The notes beneath the pieces are model-generated. The model was not told where the DNA came from. It saw nothing but the letters and a program-made list of their open reading frames with translations, and searched no databases. A program made the position numbers and the translations under genes. A stretch of 32,000 bases of DNA from contig NC_017080.1 in assembly GCF_000284115.1 (NCBI RefSeq), forward strand, positions 810,001 to 842,000. The letters run 5' to 3'. This DNA is from Phycisphaera mikurensis NBRC 102666. GTDB taxonomy: Bacteria; Planctomycetota; Phycisphaerae; Phycisphaerales; Phycisphaeraceae. This document shows, piece after piece, positions 8,568-18,061 of the stretch; within the stretch, counting starts at the first letter, position 1, and every line of letters begins with the position of its first letter.

Positions 8568-9461
8568 TCAGCCGCGGTCCGCGGATCCGCGGGCGAGCGC
8601 CCCGGCCGCGCGGGCGGCGGGGTCCACCGCGTAGAAGTGAAGGACCATCCCCCCGTAGCGGTGGCTCTCCGGCTCCGCCAGCCCGGCGTGGAGCGGGGGC
8701 TGCACGCCCGCGGGCGTCCGCAGCACGAGGATGCCGTCCTCGTCGAGCTTGGGCGTCAGCGCCGCGAGCAGCTCCGGCGTGGGGTCGGGCTCCTGCCGGG
8801 GTTCCCGGGTCGGCCGCGACGCCCGCGCCGGCGGCTTCCGGTTGTTCTTGTTCTTGCGCTTCCGCGGGCCGGGCTCGCGGGGAGCGTCGGCCACGCCGCC
8901 GTAACGCTCGCGGCCGATCGCGTCGACGACGCCGGAGGATCTGCCCAGGGAGGCAAGCACCTCCTCGGCCTCGGCCGCCGCGACCGCGGCCTCGAGCGCC
9001 TCGAACTCCGCGGCCTCGATGGCTGCCTCCGCGGCGGCGGTCTCGGCCGCGGAGTCGACCTCGCGTGGGGGCCGCACCAGCGGGTACGGCGGGTCGAGCG
9101 TGACGAGCGCGAGCCCCGCGTCGGGCAGGGCGTGGGCCCAGAACGGCGGCAGGGCGGCGGCGGCGATGACGTGCGCCCGCTTCTGTTCGCGCAGCGTCGC
9201 GACGTTCCGCTTGAGGCGGGCGATCGCGTCGGCGTCGCGGTCCACGAAGGTGCAGCGCTCGGCCCCGCGCGAGAGCGCCTCCAGCCCGATGCTGCCGGTC
9301 CCGCAGAAGACGTCGAGTGCCTGGCCCCAGCCGACGACGCCCATCGTCGTGAGCCGGTTGAACATCGCCTCCTTCACGCGGTCGGTGATCGGCCGGGTCG
9401 TCCGCTCATCCTCGGGGCCCTCGAGGGGGCGTCGCTTGTGGGTGCCGGCGATGATGCGCAT
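8568..9461 (-). CDS. rsmD: RsmD-family 16S rRNA (guanine-N2)-methyltransferase with an internal ~100-aa low-complexity insertion
   Basis: The start at 9461 gives MRIIAGTHKRRPLEGPEDERTTRPITDRVKEAMFNRL, then LDVFCGTGSIGLEALSRGA (SAM motif I), TLDPPYPL (motif IV) and a C-terminal DGILVLRT. Only the last 297 codons of the 454-aa track ORF look real. Confidence 0.8.
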   Translation of the reverse strand: MRIIAGTHKRRPLEGPEDERTTRPITDRVKEAMFNRLTTMGVVGWGQALDVFCGTGSIGLEALSRGAERCTFVDRDADAIARLKRNVATLREQKRAHVIAAAALPPFWAHALPDAGLALVTLDPPYPLVRPPREVDSAAETAAAEAAIEAAEFEALEAAVAAAEAEEVLASLGRSSGVVDAIGRERYGGVADAPREPGPRKRKNKNNRKPPARASRPTREPRQEPDPTPELLAALTPKLDEDGILVLRTPAGVQPPLHAGLAEPESHRYGGMVLHFYAVDPAARAAGALARGSADRG

Positions 9462-9604
9462 GAGCGCTGAGCGTACGGCGGGTTCGTTGCTCCCCGGGGG
9501 CCCATAAGCTGAATCGAACGGAAGCGTTCCGCGACGAACCGCGTTGCACGGTCGAGGATTTCCTTCAGTGGGAGGGCGATTGGGAGCTGTGGCGGGGGAC
9601 CGCG

Positions 9605-10069
9605 GTGGCGATGTCCCCTCCGCCCGGCGTGCAGCACGCGCGGGTGGCGGGCAACCTGTTCTACGAGCTCCAGTCGCAGCTGGAGGCAACCGGTGCCGGC
9701 TGCCGCTGCGAGATCCTCGCGGAGATGGATCGGCACGTCTCCGATGACGAGGTGCTCCCACCGGATCTGCTGATCGTGTGCGACCCCACGCAGGACCGCT
9801 GGGTGAAGAAGACGCCGGAGCGGGTGGTCGAGGTGGTCTCGCCGTCTTCCGTCCGCCGCGACACGATCCGCAAGCGGGGCCCCTCCCGCGAAGCCGGCGT
9901 GCGGTCCTGCGTTCTCGCCGACCCCGAGACACGGAAGCTCCGCTGCCTCCACCTCGACGAGGACGGCGAGTACGTGGCCGGTCCGCCCGGATTCGAGCTT
10001 CACGACGGCTGCCGCGTCCGCGTGGATCCCGAACGCGTCTGGGACGGCCTCGCCGACACCGCCGGGTAG
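9605..10069 (+). CDS. Uma2-family (DUF820) PD-(D/E)xK endonuclease; the start codon is uncertain and it may be a pseudogene
   Basis: Uma2-like layout: AMSPPPGVQHARVAGNLFYEL, PPDLLIVC, VVEVVSPSSVRRDTIRK, EAGVRSCVLADPE. In-frame homology (TVEDFLQWEGDWELWRGTAV) continues upstream to about 9548. There is no ATG/GTG/TTG between the in-frame stop at 9509-9511 and GTG 9605. Confidence 0.65.
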   Translation: MAMSPPPGVQHARVAGNLFYELQSQLEATGAGCRCEILAEMDRHVSDDEVLPPDLLIVCDPTQDRWVKKTPERVVEVVSPSSVRRDTIRKRGPSREAGVRSCVLADPETRKLRCLHLDEDGEYVAGPPGFELHDGCRVRVDPERVWDGLADTAG

Positions 10070-10078
10070 CGTCCGCGC

Positions 10079-10966
10079 ATGGCCAACGCGAGAAAGAAGC
10101 GGACGCTCGCCGAGCGGGCCGACAAGTACCGGCTGTACCAGCTGAGCGTGCAGGGCACCGACGCGGACTGCGACTTCTTCGAGCAGGCGTACCGCGAGGC
10201 GTTCGGCGGGGAGCCGCGCCGGCTGTGGGAGGACTTCGCCGGGGCCTTCGCCGTCTGCTGCGCCTGGGTGAAGCGGGGGAAGAAGCGGACGGCCGTCGCG
10301 GTCGACCTCGACCCCGAGCCGCTGGCGTGGGGGCGGGCGAACAACCTGGCGGAGCTTCCGGAGAAGAAGGCGGGGCGGATCGAGGTTCTCGAGGGCGATT
10401 GCCTCGATGCGTCGCTGTCCGAGGGGCGGGAGCCCGCCGACGTCGTCGCCGCGCAGAACTTCTCGTTCTGGATCTTCCGCACCCGGGCGGAGGTCACCGC
10501 CTACTTCCGCACCGCGCTGGTTCGGCTCGGCGACGAGGGCGTGGTCGTCCTCGACATGATGGGCGGCACCGACTGCACGCTGGAGGAGAACGTCGACGAG
10601 CGGGCCGTCGACGGCGCCGGCAAGCCGATCGGCACCTTCACGTACCTCTGGGAGCAGGTCAGCTTCAACCCGATCACCCACGACGCGGTCTTCCGCATCG
10701 GCTTCCGCTTCCGCGACGGCTCGTCCATCCCGACGGCGTTTCGGTACGCGTGGCGCTTCTGGAGCATCCCGGAGGTCCGCGAGATGCTGCTCGAGGCCGG
10801 CTTCGCCGACGCCCGCACCTACTGGTCGGTCGAGGACGAGAACCGCGAGGACACCGGCGCGTGGGCGCAGGCCGGCGACGCCCGGCAGGACCCGGCCTGG
10901 CTGGCCTACGTGGTGGGCGTGAAGCGGCCGCCGGTCGCGGGTCACTCGCCGGCGACCCGCTCGTAG
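10079..10966 (+). CDS. Class I SAM-dependent methyltransferase (substrate unknown)
   Basis: 295 aa. It has a Rossmann-type layout: LWEDFAGAFAVCCAWV (degenerate motif I), AVAVDLDPEPL (acidic motif II), VVAAQNFSFWIF and GVVVLDMMGG. No (D/N/S)PP(Y/F/W) DNA-methylase motif is present. Confidence 0.65.
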   Translation: MANARKKRTLAERADKYRLYQLSVQGTDADCDFFEQAYREAFGGEPRRLWEDFAGAFAVCCAWVKRGKKRTAVAVDLDPEPLAWGRANNLAELPEKKAGRIEVLEGDCLDASLSEGREPADVVAAQNFSFWIFRTRAEVTAYFRTALVRLGDEGVVVLDMMGGTDCTLEENVDERAVDGAGKPIGTFTYLWEQVSFNPITHDAVFRIGFRFRDGSSIPTAFRYAWRFWSIPEVREMLLEAGFADARTYWSVEDENREDTGAWAQAGDARQDPAWLAYVVGVKRPPVAGHSPATRS

Positions 10967-12741
10967 AGCAGCACCTCCGATCGCGGCAGCGGCCAGCGCT
11001 GGGCCTGGCGGGCGGGTTCGGCCGCGAGCCAGGCCTCGGCGGCGGGCGGCAGGCCGCCGCCGCCGCCGTCGCGGATCGTGAGCAGCCGGTCCGCGGCGTC
11101 CGCGGCCGGTTCGGGCCGCGGGTCGCCGAACGCCGCTCTGGAGGCCGCGGACGCGCCGCGGCGGCGGAGCTCGGCGGCGACGGCCGGGCCGCGGACCCGG
11201 CCGGGCTCGAAGCGGGGCCGGCCCGCCGCCTCGGCTTCGAGCAGGGGCGCCACGACCGCGGCGGCGGCCCGGGCGTCCGGGTAGCCGACGCGCCGCGGGA
11301 ACGCCGCGGTGGCGTCCGCGTGAAGCGCGGCGACCGCGGGGAGGCCGGCGGCGGCGAGCACCAGCGCCGCCGCCGAGGCGGCGCGGACGCGGCGGTGGAG
11401 CCGGCACGCGGAGGCCGCGGCGGCGGCCGGCACGGCGGCGAGCACCAGCAGCGCCGGGAAGGCGGAGGACAGGGCCCACCAGGGCAGCGGCGGGACGCCG
11501 GCGGCAGCCATCACCGCCGCCGGGCCGAGGAGCACGCCCAGGGCGAGCGCTCGTCGCCGACCGCCGGCGGCGAGGCAGCACGCGACGCCGCAGACGATCC
11601 ACGCGAGCAGCAGGCCGCGCCCGGCGGGGCCCAGCGGGAAGGCCATCTGCCGCCACGCGATGCGCAGGTTCCAGCCGAGCGTCCCGAAGCGCTCGGCAAC
11701 GCTCAGCGGCTCGATGGACGCGTGGCCGACCGTCGCGATCGCGTTCTCCTGCAGCCCCCGCACCAGCAGCGGCGGCAGGTAGAGGAGGAACACCAGCGTC
11801 CCGGTGGCCGCGGCCAGCGTGCCGGCGCCGCGTAGCCGCCGCATCCAGCTGGCGCGGCCCGGCCAGGCCAGGACGGCCACGACGGCGGCGGCGAAGGGGA
11901 GCAGCATCAGCGGCACCGCCCACGCCCCGGCCGCGGCGACCACCGCGGCCCCGGCCGCGGCGCCCGGCCGCCCGCGGGCGATCCGCGGGACCAATGCGAA
12001 GAGCAGGCACGCCGCCAGCAGCACCAGCGGGTGGCCCCGGGCGTTGGTGCCCAGCTCGACCGCGTACGCGGAACCCGCGAACAACGCCGCCACCGCCAGC
12101 GCCGGCCACGCCCGGAGCACCGCACGGGCCGCCAGGAAGAGGGCCGGCACGCAGAGCGTGGCCGCCACGGCGGCGGGAAACCGGGCCGCGGCGGCCGACT
12201 CGCCGAAGGCCGCGACCGAGCCCCGCAGCAGCAGCGAGTGCAGGAGGTGGTTGTTGGTGTTCTTCCAGACCGAGAGGATCACCAGCGGCGACGCCTCGCC
12301 GTGGCTGAGGAGCGTCGCAGCCTCGTCGGTCCGCAGCGGCGTGTCCATGCCGGCGGCCAGCCGCGCCGCGAGCAGCCCGGTGAGGGCGGCGAGCGGCAGC
12401 GCCACGCCGCCGCGTGCGAGCGACCGCCCCAGCCGCGGCACCTCCCGCCGCGCCGCCGCCGCGATTGCCGCGGTGATGCGGGCCCCGCGCGCGAGGCAGA
12501 AGCCGGCGAGCAGCGCAAGCGGGAGCGCCGCGACGGCCGCCCGCACCCGCAGCCCCGCGACGAGGTCCCCCGGCGGGGTCGCTCCGCCGCGGTTCGCGCC
12601 GACGGCGGCCGCCGCCGCCGAGAGGTGCTCCACGGGCGAGAGGGCCACCGCCACCACTGTCAGCCACGCCGCCGCCACCGGGAGGAAAAGCAGAAGGCCC
12701 GCCCGGCCGCCGGCATCGTTCGGGCGGGGGCGAGGAAACAT
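10942..12741 (-). CDS. Polytopic membrane glycosyltransferase, GT39/ArnT-PMT-like
   Basis: 599 aa with many Ala/Leu-rich TM segments. A DE motif sits in the first loop (LRTDEAATLLSHGE), followed by WKNTNNHLLHSLLLRG..FGESAAAARFPAAV, typical of bacterial GT39/GT83 enzymes. There is a soluble C-terminal ~130 aa domain. It overlaps the convergent methyltransferase gene by 25 nt. Confidence 0.6.
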   Translation of the reverse strand: MFPRPRPNDAGGRAGLLLFLPVAAAWLTVVAVALSPVEHLSAAAAAVGANRGGATPPGDLVAGLRVRAAVAALPLALLAGFCLARGARITAAIAAAARREVPRLGRSLARGGVALPLAALTGLLAARLAAGMDTPLRTDEAATLLSHGEASPLVILSVWKNTNNHLLHSLLLRGSVAAFGESAAAARFPAAVAATLCVPALFLAARAVLRAWPALAVAALFAGSAYAVELGTNARGHPLVLLAACLLFALVPRIARGRPGAAAGAAVVAAAGAWAVPLMLLPFAAAVVAVLAWPGRASWMRRLRGAGTLAAATGTLVFLLYLPPLLVRGLQENAIATVGHASIEPLSVAERFGTLGWNLRIAWRQMAFPLGPAGRGLLLAWIVCGVACCLAAGGRRRALALGVLLGPAAVMAAAGVPPLPWWALSSAFPALLVLAAVPAAAAASACRLHRRVRAASAAALVLAAAGLPAVAALHADATAAFPRRVGYPDARAAAAVVAPLLEAEAAGRPRFEPGRVRGPAVAAELRRRGASAASRAAFGDPRPEPAADAADRLLTIRDGGGGGLPPAAEAWLAAEPARQAQRWPLPRSEVLLYERVAGE

Positions 12742-12805
12742 GCGGATCGACGGTCACCTCCGGCGGCTGGAACGGCCGGGACGCCATCGACCAGTTCCCC
12801 TGCCC

Positions 12806-12840
12806 GCGCCAGCCGCTTCGCGTTGCAAAGCGGCTGGCGC
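12806..12840. other. Perfect 13-bp stem / 9-nt loop hairpin in the GT39-rpsD divergent intergenic region
   Basis: GCGCCAGCCGCTT (12806-12818), loop CGCGTTGCA, AAGCGGCTGGCGC (12828-12840). Confidence 0.6.
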
Positions 12841-13002
12841 GAGCAATCGCTGGGCCAAGGGCCGAGGAGGATCGAGGGAGGGTCCACGGGACGCGTTGCT
12901 TGGTTCCCATCGAGCGGCGGGAGAAGGGCTGCCACCCGCTCCCGCTGCCGTTCCCCGCCGCGAACCCCGCACGGCGCCGCGCCGCGCCGCGTTCCGGCCG
13001 GC

Positions 13003-13030
13003 TTGACGTGGCGGCGCATCTCGCCACACT
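13003..13030 (+). promoter_or_regulatory. Candidate sigma70-type promoter for rpsD
   Basis: TTGACG (13003-13008), a 16-nt spacer, then CACACT (13025-13030). It would give a ~165-nt leader carrying two hairpins (13036-13068 and the palindrome CTGCGACGTCGCAG at 13092-13105). The -10 element is weak. Confidence 0.25.
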
Positions 13031-13200
13031 GGCGGGTTCGCAGCCCGAGCGTCGGGCTGAACCCGCGGGAGTCCCGGTGCAACGCCGGCGACTGCGACGT
13101 CGCAGCCGCGACCGAGCTCCCCGAGAGGCCGGAGGCGCCACGCGCGCCTCGCGGTTCTGAAAGGAAAGGATCGTCGGCGACCCCGGCGAATCAGAACAAG

Positions 13201-13803
13201 TTGGCGAACTACACCGGACCCAAGGTCAAGCTCTCCCGTCGCGTCGGCGTGCCGATCGCCGACCTCCCCAAGCACACGACCAAGCGGCAGCTCAACCCGC
13301 CGGGCATGCACGGCTTCCGGGCCCGCCGCCTGCGTGACTACGGCGTGCGGCTCAACGAGAAGCAGAAGCTCCGCTACCACTACAACGTGCTGGAGAAGAA
13401 GTTCCGCCTCTACCTCGACGAGGCGGCACGCTCCAAGGGCAACACCGGCGTGCTGCTGCTGCAGCTGCTCGAGACGCGGCTGGACAACGCCGTCCGCCGC
13501 ATGGGCTGGACCCGCTCGATCTGGGCGGCCCGCCAGATGGTCGGCCACGGGCACGTGCTGGTCAACGGCAAGCGGGTCGACATCCCCAGCTACCGGCTGC
13601 TGGTGGGCGACACCGTCGAGGTCCGCACCGACAAGGCGAAGAAGCTCGCCCGCGAGAACATGGAGAGCCTGGCCGGGCTCGAGGTGCCCGAGTGGCTCAA
13701 CGCCAACCCGGCGGAGCTGTCGTGCAAGATCGCGTCGCTGCCCAGCGTGGACGAGGTGCCGTTCGACGTGAACATGAACCTCATCATCGAGTTCTACCGC
13801 TAG
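13201..13803 (+). CDS. rpsD: 30S ribosomal protein S4
   Basis: TTG 13201 gives (M)ANYTGPKVKLSRRVGVPI...YGVRLNEKQKLRYHYNVLEKKFR...LLETRLDNAVRRMGW..ARQMVGHGHVLVNGKRVDIPSY...IIEFYR, full-length S4. No other start codon lies in frame nearby. Confidence 0.95.
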   Translation: MANYTGPKVKLSRRVGVPIADLPKHTTKRQLNPPGMHGFRARRLRDYGVRLNEKQKLRYHYNVLEKKFRLYLDEAARSKGNTGVLLLQLLETRLDNAVRRMGWTRSIWAARQMVGHGHVLVNGKRVDIPSYRLLVGDTVEVRTDKAKKLARENMESLAGLEVPEWLNANPAELSCKIASLPSVDEVPFDVNMNLIIEFYR

Positions 13804-13810
13804 TCGTCCT

Positions 13811-13829
13811 CGGCGGGCGCTGCCCGCCG
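13811..13829 (+). terminator. GC hairpin just downstream of rpsD
   Basis: CGGCGGGC-GCT-GCCCGCCG, an 8-bp stem, 8 nt after the TAG stop. There is no U-tract. Confidence 0.35.
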
Positions 13830-14045
13830 CCGGGAGCGGCAGGCCAAGAGCAGGAGGCGGAGAACCGGAGGCCAAGGGTCGGAGCCGGGCTCCGGCGGTC
13901 GTCGATGCGGCGGCTCGCGGCGGTGGGGCCACCTCCTCGACCCGACGCCGGCGTCCCGGGCGTCGCCACCCGGCGAGGCCGCGGCTCCGCGGGTCGATCG
14001 GTTCCCCGCGGCGGCGGATCGATCTTCTGCTGCGCCCGCTCGATC

Positions 14046-14091
14046 CCGCGGACCGCGGCGTTCCGGCGGCTCCGGGCCGCACGGTCCGCGG
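14046..14091. repeat. 46-bp CCGCGGACC-N28-GGTCCGCGG hairpin element, copy 2
   Basis: CCGCGGACC at 14046-14054 and GGTCCGCGG at 14083-14091, with exactly 28 nt between. The spacer contains GGCTCC and an inner GCGGC/GCCGC stem. It ends 13 nt before the 14105 start codon. Confidence 0.75.
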
Positions 14092-14104
14092 GTACGCTCG
14101 CCCG

Positions 14105-15448
14105 ATGGCGATGCGGATCCTTCGCGTGGGCGTGGCGGCGGTCCTCGGCTTCCTGGTGACGCTGCCGGCGTCCGCGGCGCCGCTCGATCGGCCCTTCCCG
14201 CTGGCGGTGACGGTGGAGGGCACCGGGCAACGCGTGGGCGGGCGGGTGGTGGAGGCGGACCGGCGCGGGATCACGCTCGAGAACGCGAGCGGGCGGCTGT
14301 CGCTCGCCTGGCAGGAGCTCGACGAGGCGGCACTGCTGCTGGCGCGGGGCCGGGTGCTCGGCCGCGACGACGGGCGTGGCTGGGTGGAGACGGCGTGGTG
14401 GGTGGCGGAGCGGGGCGGCCGCGGCTCGGCGGTGGAGTCGGCGCTGGCGCGGGCGGTCCGGGCGGATCCGGCGATGGCTTCCGAGGCGGCGGCGGTCCGC
14501 GGCGGTGCGTCGCCTTCTTGGGTCGGAGAGGGAACCGGGAAGCTCGTCCCCGCCGACGAGCGGACGCCGACGCCCGGGGAAGCCGCCGCCGCCGGCGACG
14601 CGGCCGGCGTGCCCGAGACGGTCGGCGTCGCGATGCCGCAGCGGTGGGGCACGCTGCCGCCGGAGGTCCACGCGGAGGGGCTCGCCGAGCAGGAGGCCTG
14701 GCTCGCGGAAGCGATGGCGCAGGCGGGGGTCTCGCTGGCGGTCGGCCGCGACGTCTCGGCGAATTTCCTGCTCGCGACCGACTTGGAGCCGGCGGAGGCG
14801 AGGCGGTGGGCCCGCGAGCTCGATCGGATGTACACGGCCGTGTGCGGCATGTTCGAGCTGGACCCGGCGGCACCGCTGTTCCTGGGCAAGGCGCTGGTGG
14901 TGATCTTCCGGGAAGCCGACGATTACCACCGCTGGAACCTCGCGGTGCACGGCGACCCGATGCACGGCACCAGCGGCGTCTGCCGCGGCTACGGCGACGG
15001 CCACGTCCGCATCTGCTTCTACCGGCAGCGGGACACCGCCTCCTTCGCCCACCTGCTCGTGCACGAGACCACCCACGGCTTCCTGCACCGGCTCCGCAGC
15101 CCGGCCCGCGTCCCGTCCTGGCTGAACGAGGGCCTGGCGGAGACGATCTCGCGGCGGCTGTTCCCCGAGGCCGACTCCCCGCGGCTGCTCCGCCGCGTCG
15201 CGGCCGAGTACGTGGGCGAGGCGGTGCGGGCACCCGCCACCTTCTTCGACGCCGGCAACATCCCGGGGCCGTACTACCCCGTCGCCCACGGCTTCGTCGA
15301 GTTCCTGCTCCGCCAGGACGGCGAGCGATTCCGCCGCCTGATCGACGCGATCAAGGACGGCGAGGACGCCACGGCCGCGCTCGCGGAGGGCTACGGCGTC
15401 CCGGCCGAGCGGCTGCTGCGGCTGTACGCCGACGAGGCGCGGCGTTGA
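14105..15448 (+). CDS. Secreted HExxH zinc-metallopeptidase-like protein (DUF1570 / peptidase MA-like)
   Basis: Signal peptide MAMRILRVGVAAVLGFLVTLPASAAP. The C-terminal domain has LLVHETTHGFLH followed by WLNEGLAETI, that is HExxH plus a downstream Glu, the gluzincin pattern. Confidence 0.6.
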   Translation: MAMRILRVGVAAVLGFLVTLPASAAPLDRPFPLAVTVEGTGQRVGGRVVEADRRGITLENASGRLSLAWQELDEAALLLARGRVLGRDDGRGWVETAWWVAERGGRGSAVESALARAVRADPAMASEAAAVRGGASPSWVGEGTGKLVPADERTPTPGEAAAAGDAAGVPETVGVAMPQRWGTLPPEVHAEGLAEQEAWLAEAMAQAGVSLAVGRDVSANFLLATDLEPAEARRWARELDRMYTAVCGMFELDPAAPLFLGKALVVIFREADDYHRWNLAVHGDPMHGTSGVCRGYGDGHVRICFYRQRDTASFAHLLVHETTHGFLHRLRSPARVPSWLNEGLAETISRRLFPEADSPRLLRRVAAEYVGEAVRAPATFFDAGNIPGPYYPVAHGFVEFLLRQDGERFRRLIDAIKDGEDATAALAEGYGVPAERLLRLYADEARR

Positions 15449-16062
15449 GCGCGCAGGACGGCCGCGTCCTGCCGATCGTCGGCCTCGCGGGCGCCCCCGG
15501 ATCGGGCAAGAGCGCGGTCGCGGAGCTGCTCCGCGGCCTCGGCGGCGTCGTGGTCGACGCCGACCGGCTCGCGCGGGAAGCGGCGGAGGCGCCGGAGGTG
15601 CGCGACGCGGTGCGGGGCTGGTGGGGCCCGGGCGTGCTGGAAGAAGACGGCTCGCTGGACCGCGCGGCGGTGGCGGCGATCGTCTTCGAGCGGCCGGGCG
15701 CGCGGCGACGGCTGGAGGGGTTGATCCACCCGCGGGTGGCCGCCGGCCGCGAGCGGATCCACGCCGAGGCGGCCGCCGACCCCGCCGCGCGCTTCCTTGT
15801 GGAAGACTGCCCGCTGCTCGTCGAGAGCGGGCTCGCGGCGGGGTGCGACGAGGTCTGGCTGGTCGAGGCGCCGTTCGAGACGCGGCGGGATCGGGTCGCC
15901 CACCGCGGATGGGACGCGGAGCAGCTGCGGCGCCGCGACGCCGCCCAGGCGTCGCCGCGGCGGCGGCGGGCGGCCGCGACGCGGGTGCTCCGCAACGGCG
16001 GCGGGCCGGCGGACTTGGCGGCGGCGGTGGCGGACGCGGCGGCGGGGATGGGGATCGCGTGA
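15445..16062 (+). CDS. coaE: Dephospho-CoA kinase
   Basis: TTG 15445 overlaps the upstream TGA (TTGA). Motifs: IVGLAGAPGSGKSAVAELL (P-loop), VVDADRLAREA, GSLDRAAVAAIVF, LEGLIHPRV, CPLLVESG. Confidence 0.85.
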   Translation: MSAQDGRVLPIVGLAGAPGSGKSAVAELLRGLGGVVVDADRLAREAAEAPEVRDAVRGWWGPGVLEEDGSLDRAAVAAIVFERPGARRRLEGLIHPRVAAGRERIHAEAAADPAARFLVEDCPLLVESGLAAGCDEVWLVEAPFETRRDRVAHRGWDAEQLRRRDAAQASPRRRRAAATRVLRNGGGPADLAAAVADAAAGMGIA

Positions 16063-16120
16063 GGGCGCAGGTGCGCGTCCGCGGATCGGCTGGCGGGCCG
16101 CTCGCGGCCGCGGTTGGGCC

Positions 16121-16137
16121 CTGCAGCGGCCTGCTAG
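16121..16137. repeat. Solo copy of the terminal arm of the 26526-26692 element
   Basis: CTGCAGCGGCCTGCTAG is identical to 26676-26692. It lies in the rho 5' leader. Confidence 0.7.
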
Positions 16138-16155
16138 TCTCTCATCGGGCCGCGA

Positions 16156-16178
16156 CGCCCCGCCCGGCGGGCGGGGCG
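16156..16178 (+). promoter_or_regulatory. Perfect 10-bp all-GC hairpin in the rho leader
   Basis: CGCCCCGCCC-GGC-GGGCGGGGCG, about 150 nt upstream of the rho ATG. Confidence 0.4.
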
Positions 16179-16325
16179 CGGCCCGGGCATGAGCCGCCCT
16201 CCCCCCGGGGGCCGGCATGAAACGGTCCCTCCCGAAAGGGCGGGCGGATGCCGACCCGGACGGCCTGCGCGCGGCGCGGTGCGCCCGGCCCTCCACCAGA
16301 CCCGAAGAAGCCGAACCCACCTCTC

Positions 16326-17933
<1,608 letters not shown>

Positions 17934-18061
17934 GGGCGGCGGCTGCGCCGCTCCTGCCGCCTTGCGGCAGGCAAGAGACGGAGCGACGGGGCGGGCGGGT
18001 GTCGCGCGCTGCGGTTGCTTGGACCGCGCAGGTCGGTTTTGGGGGCGGGGCGTGGACTGGA

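Noticed and set aside
9512-10966. Uma2 endonuclease plus adjacent methyltransferase as a restriction-modification pair
   Set aside because: The methyltransferase has no (D/N/S)PP(Y/F/W) or other DNA-methylase catalytic motif and looks like a generic class I SAM enzyme. Uma2 proteins are usually solitary. Adjacency alone is insufficient.
9374-13141. 1255-aa minus-strand ORF
   Set aside because: It spans four independently supported genes on both strands (Uma2, methyltransferase, GT39 in another frame, rpsD leader). Its Arg/Pro/Gly/Ala composition shows no domain signal.
16248-16325. Earlier start for rho (MPTRTACARRGAPGPPPDPKKPNPPL)
   Set aside because: The segment is Pro/Arg/Gly-rich with no homology and overlaps the structured leader. 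ATG 16326 is preferred, but the earlier start cannot be excluded from sequence alone.
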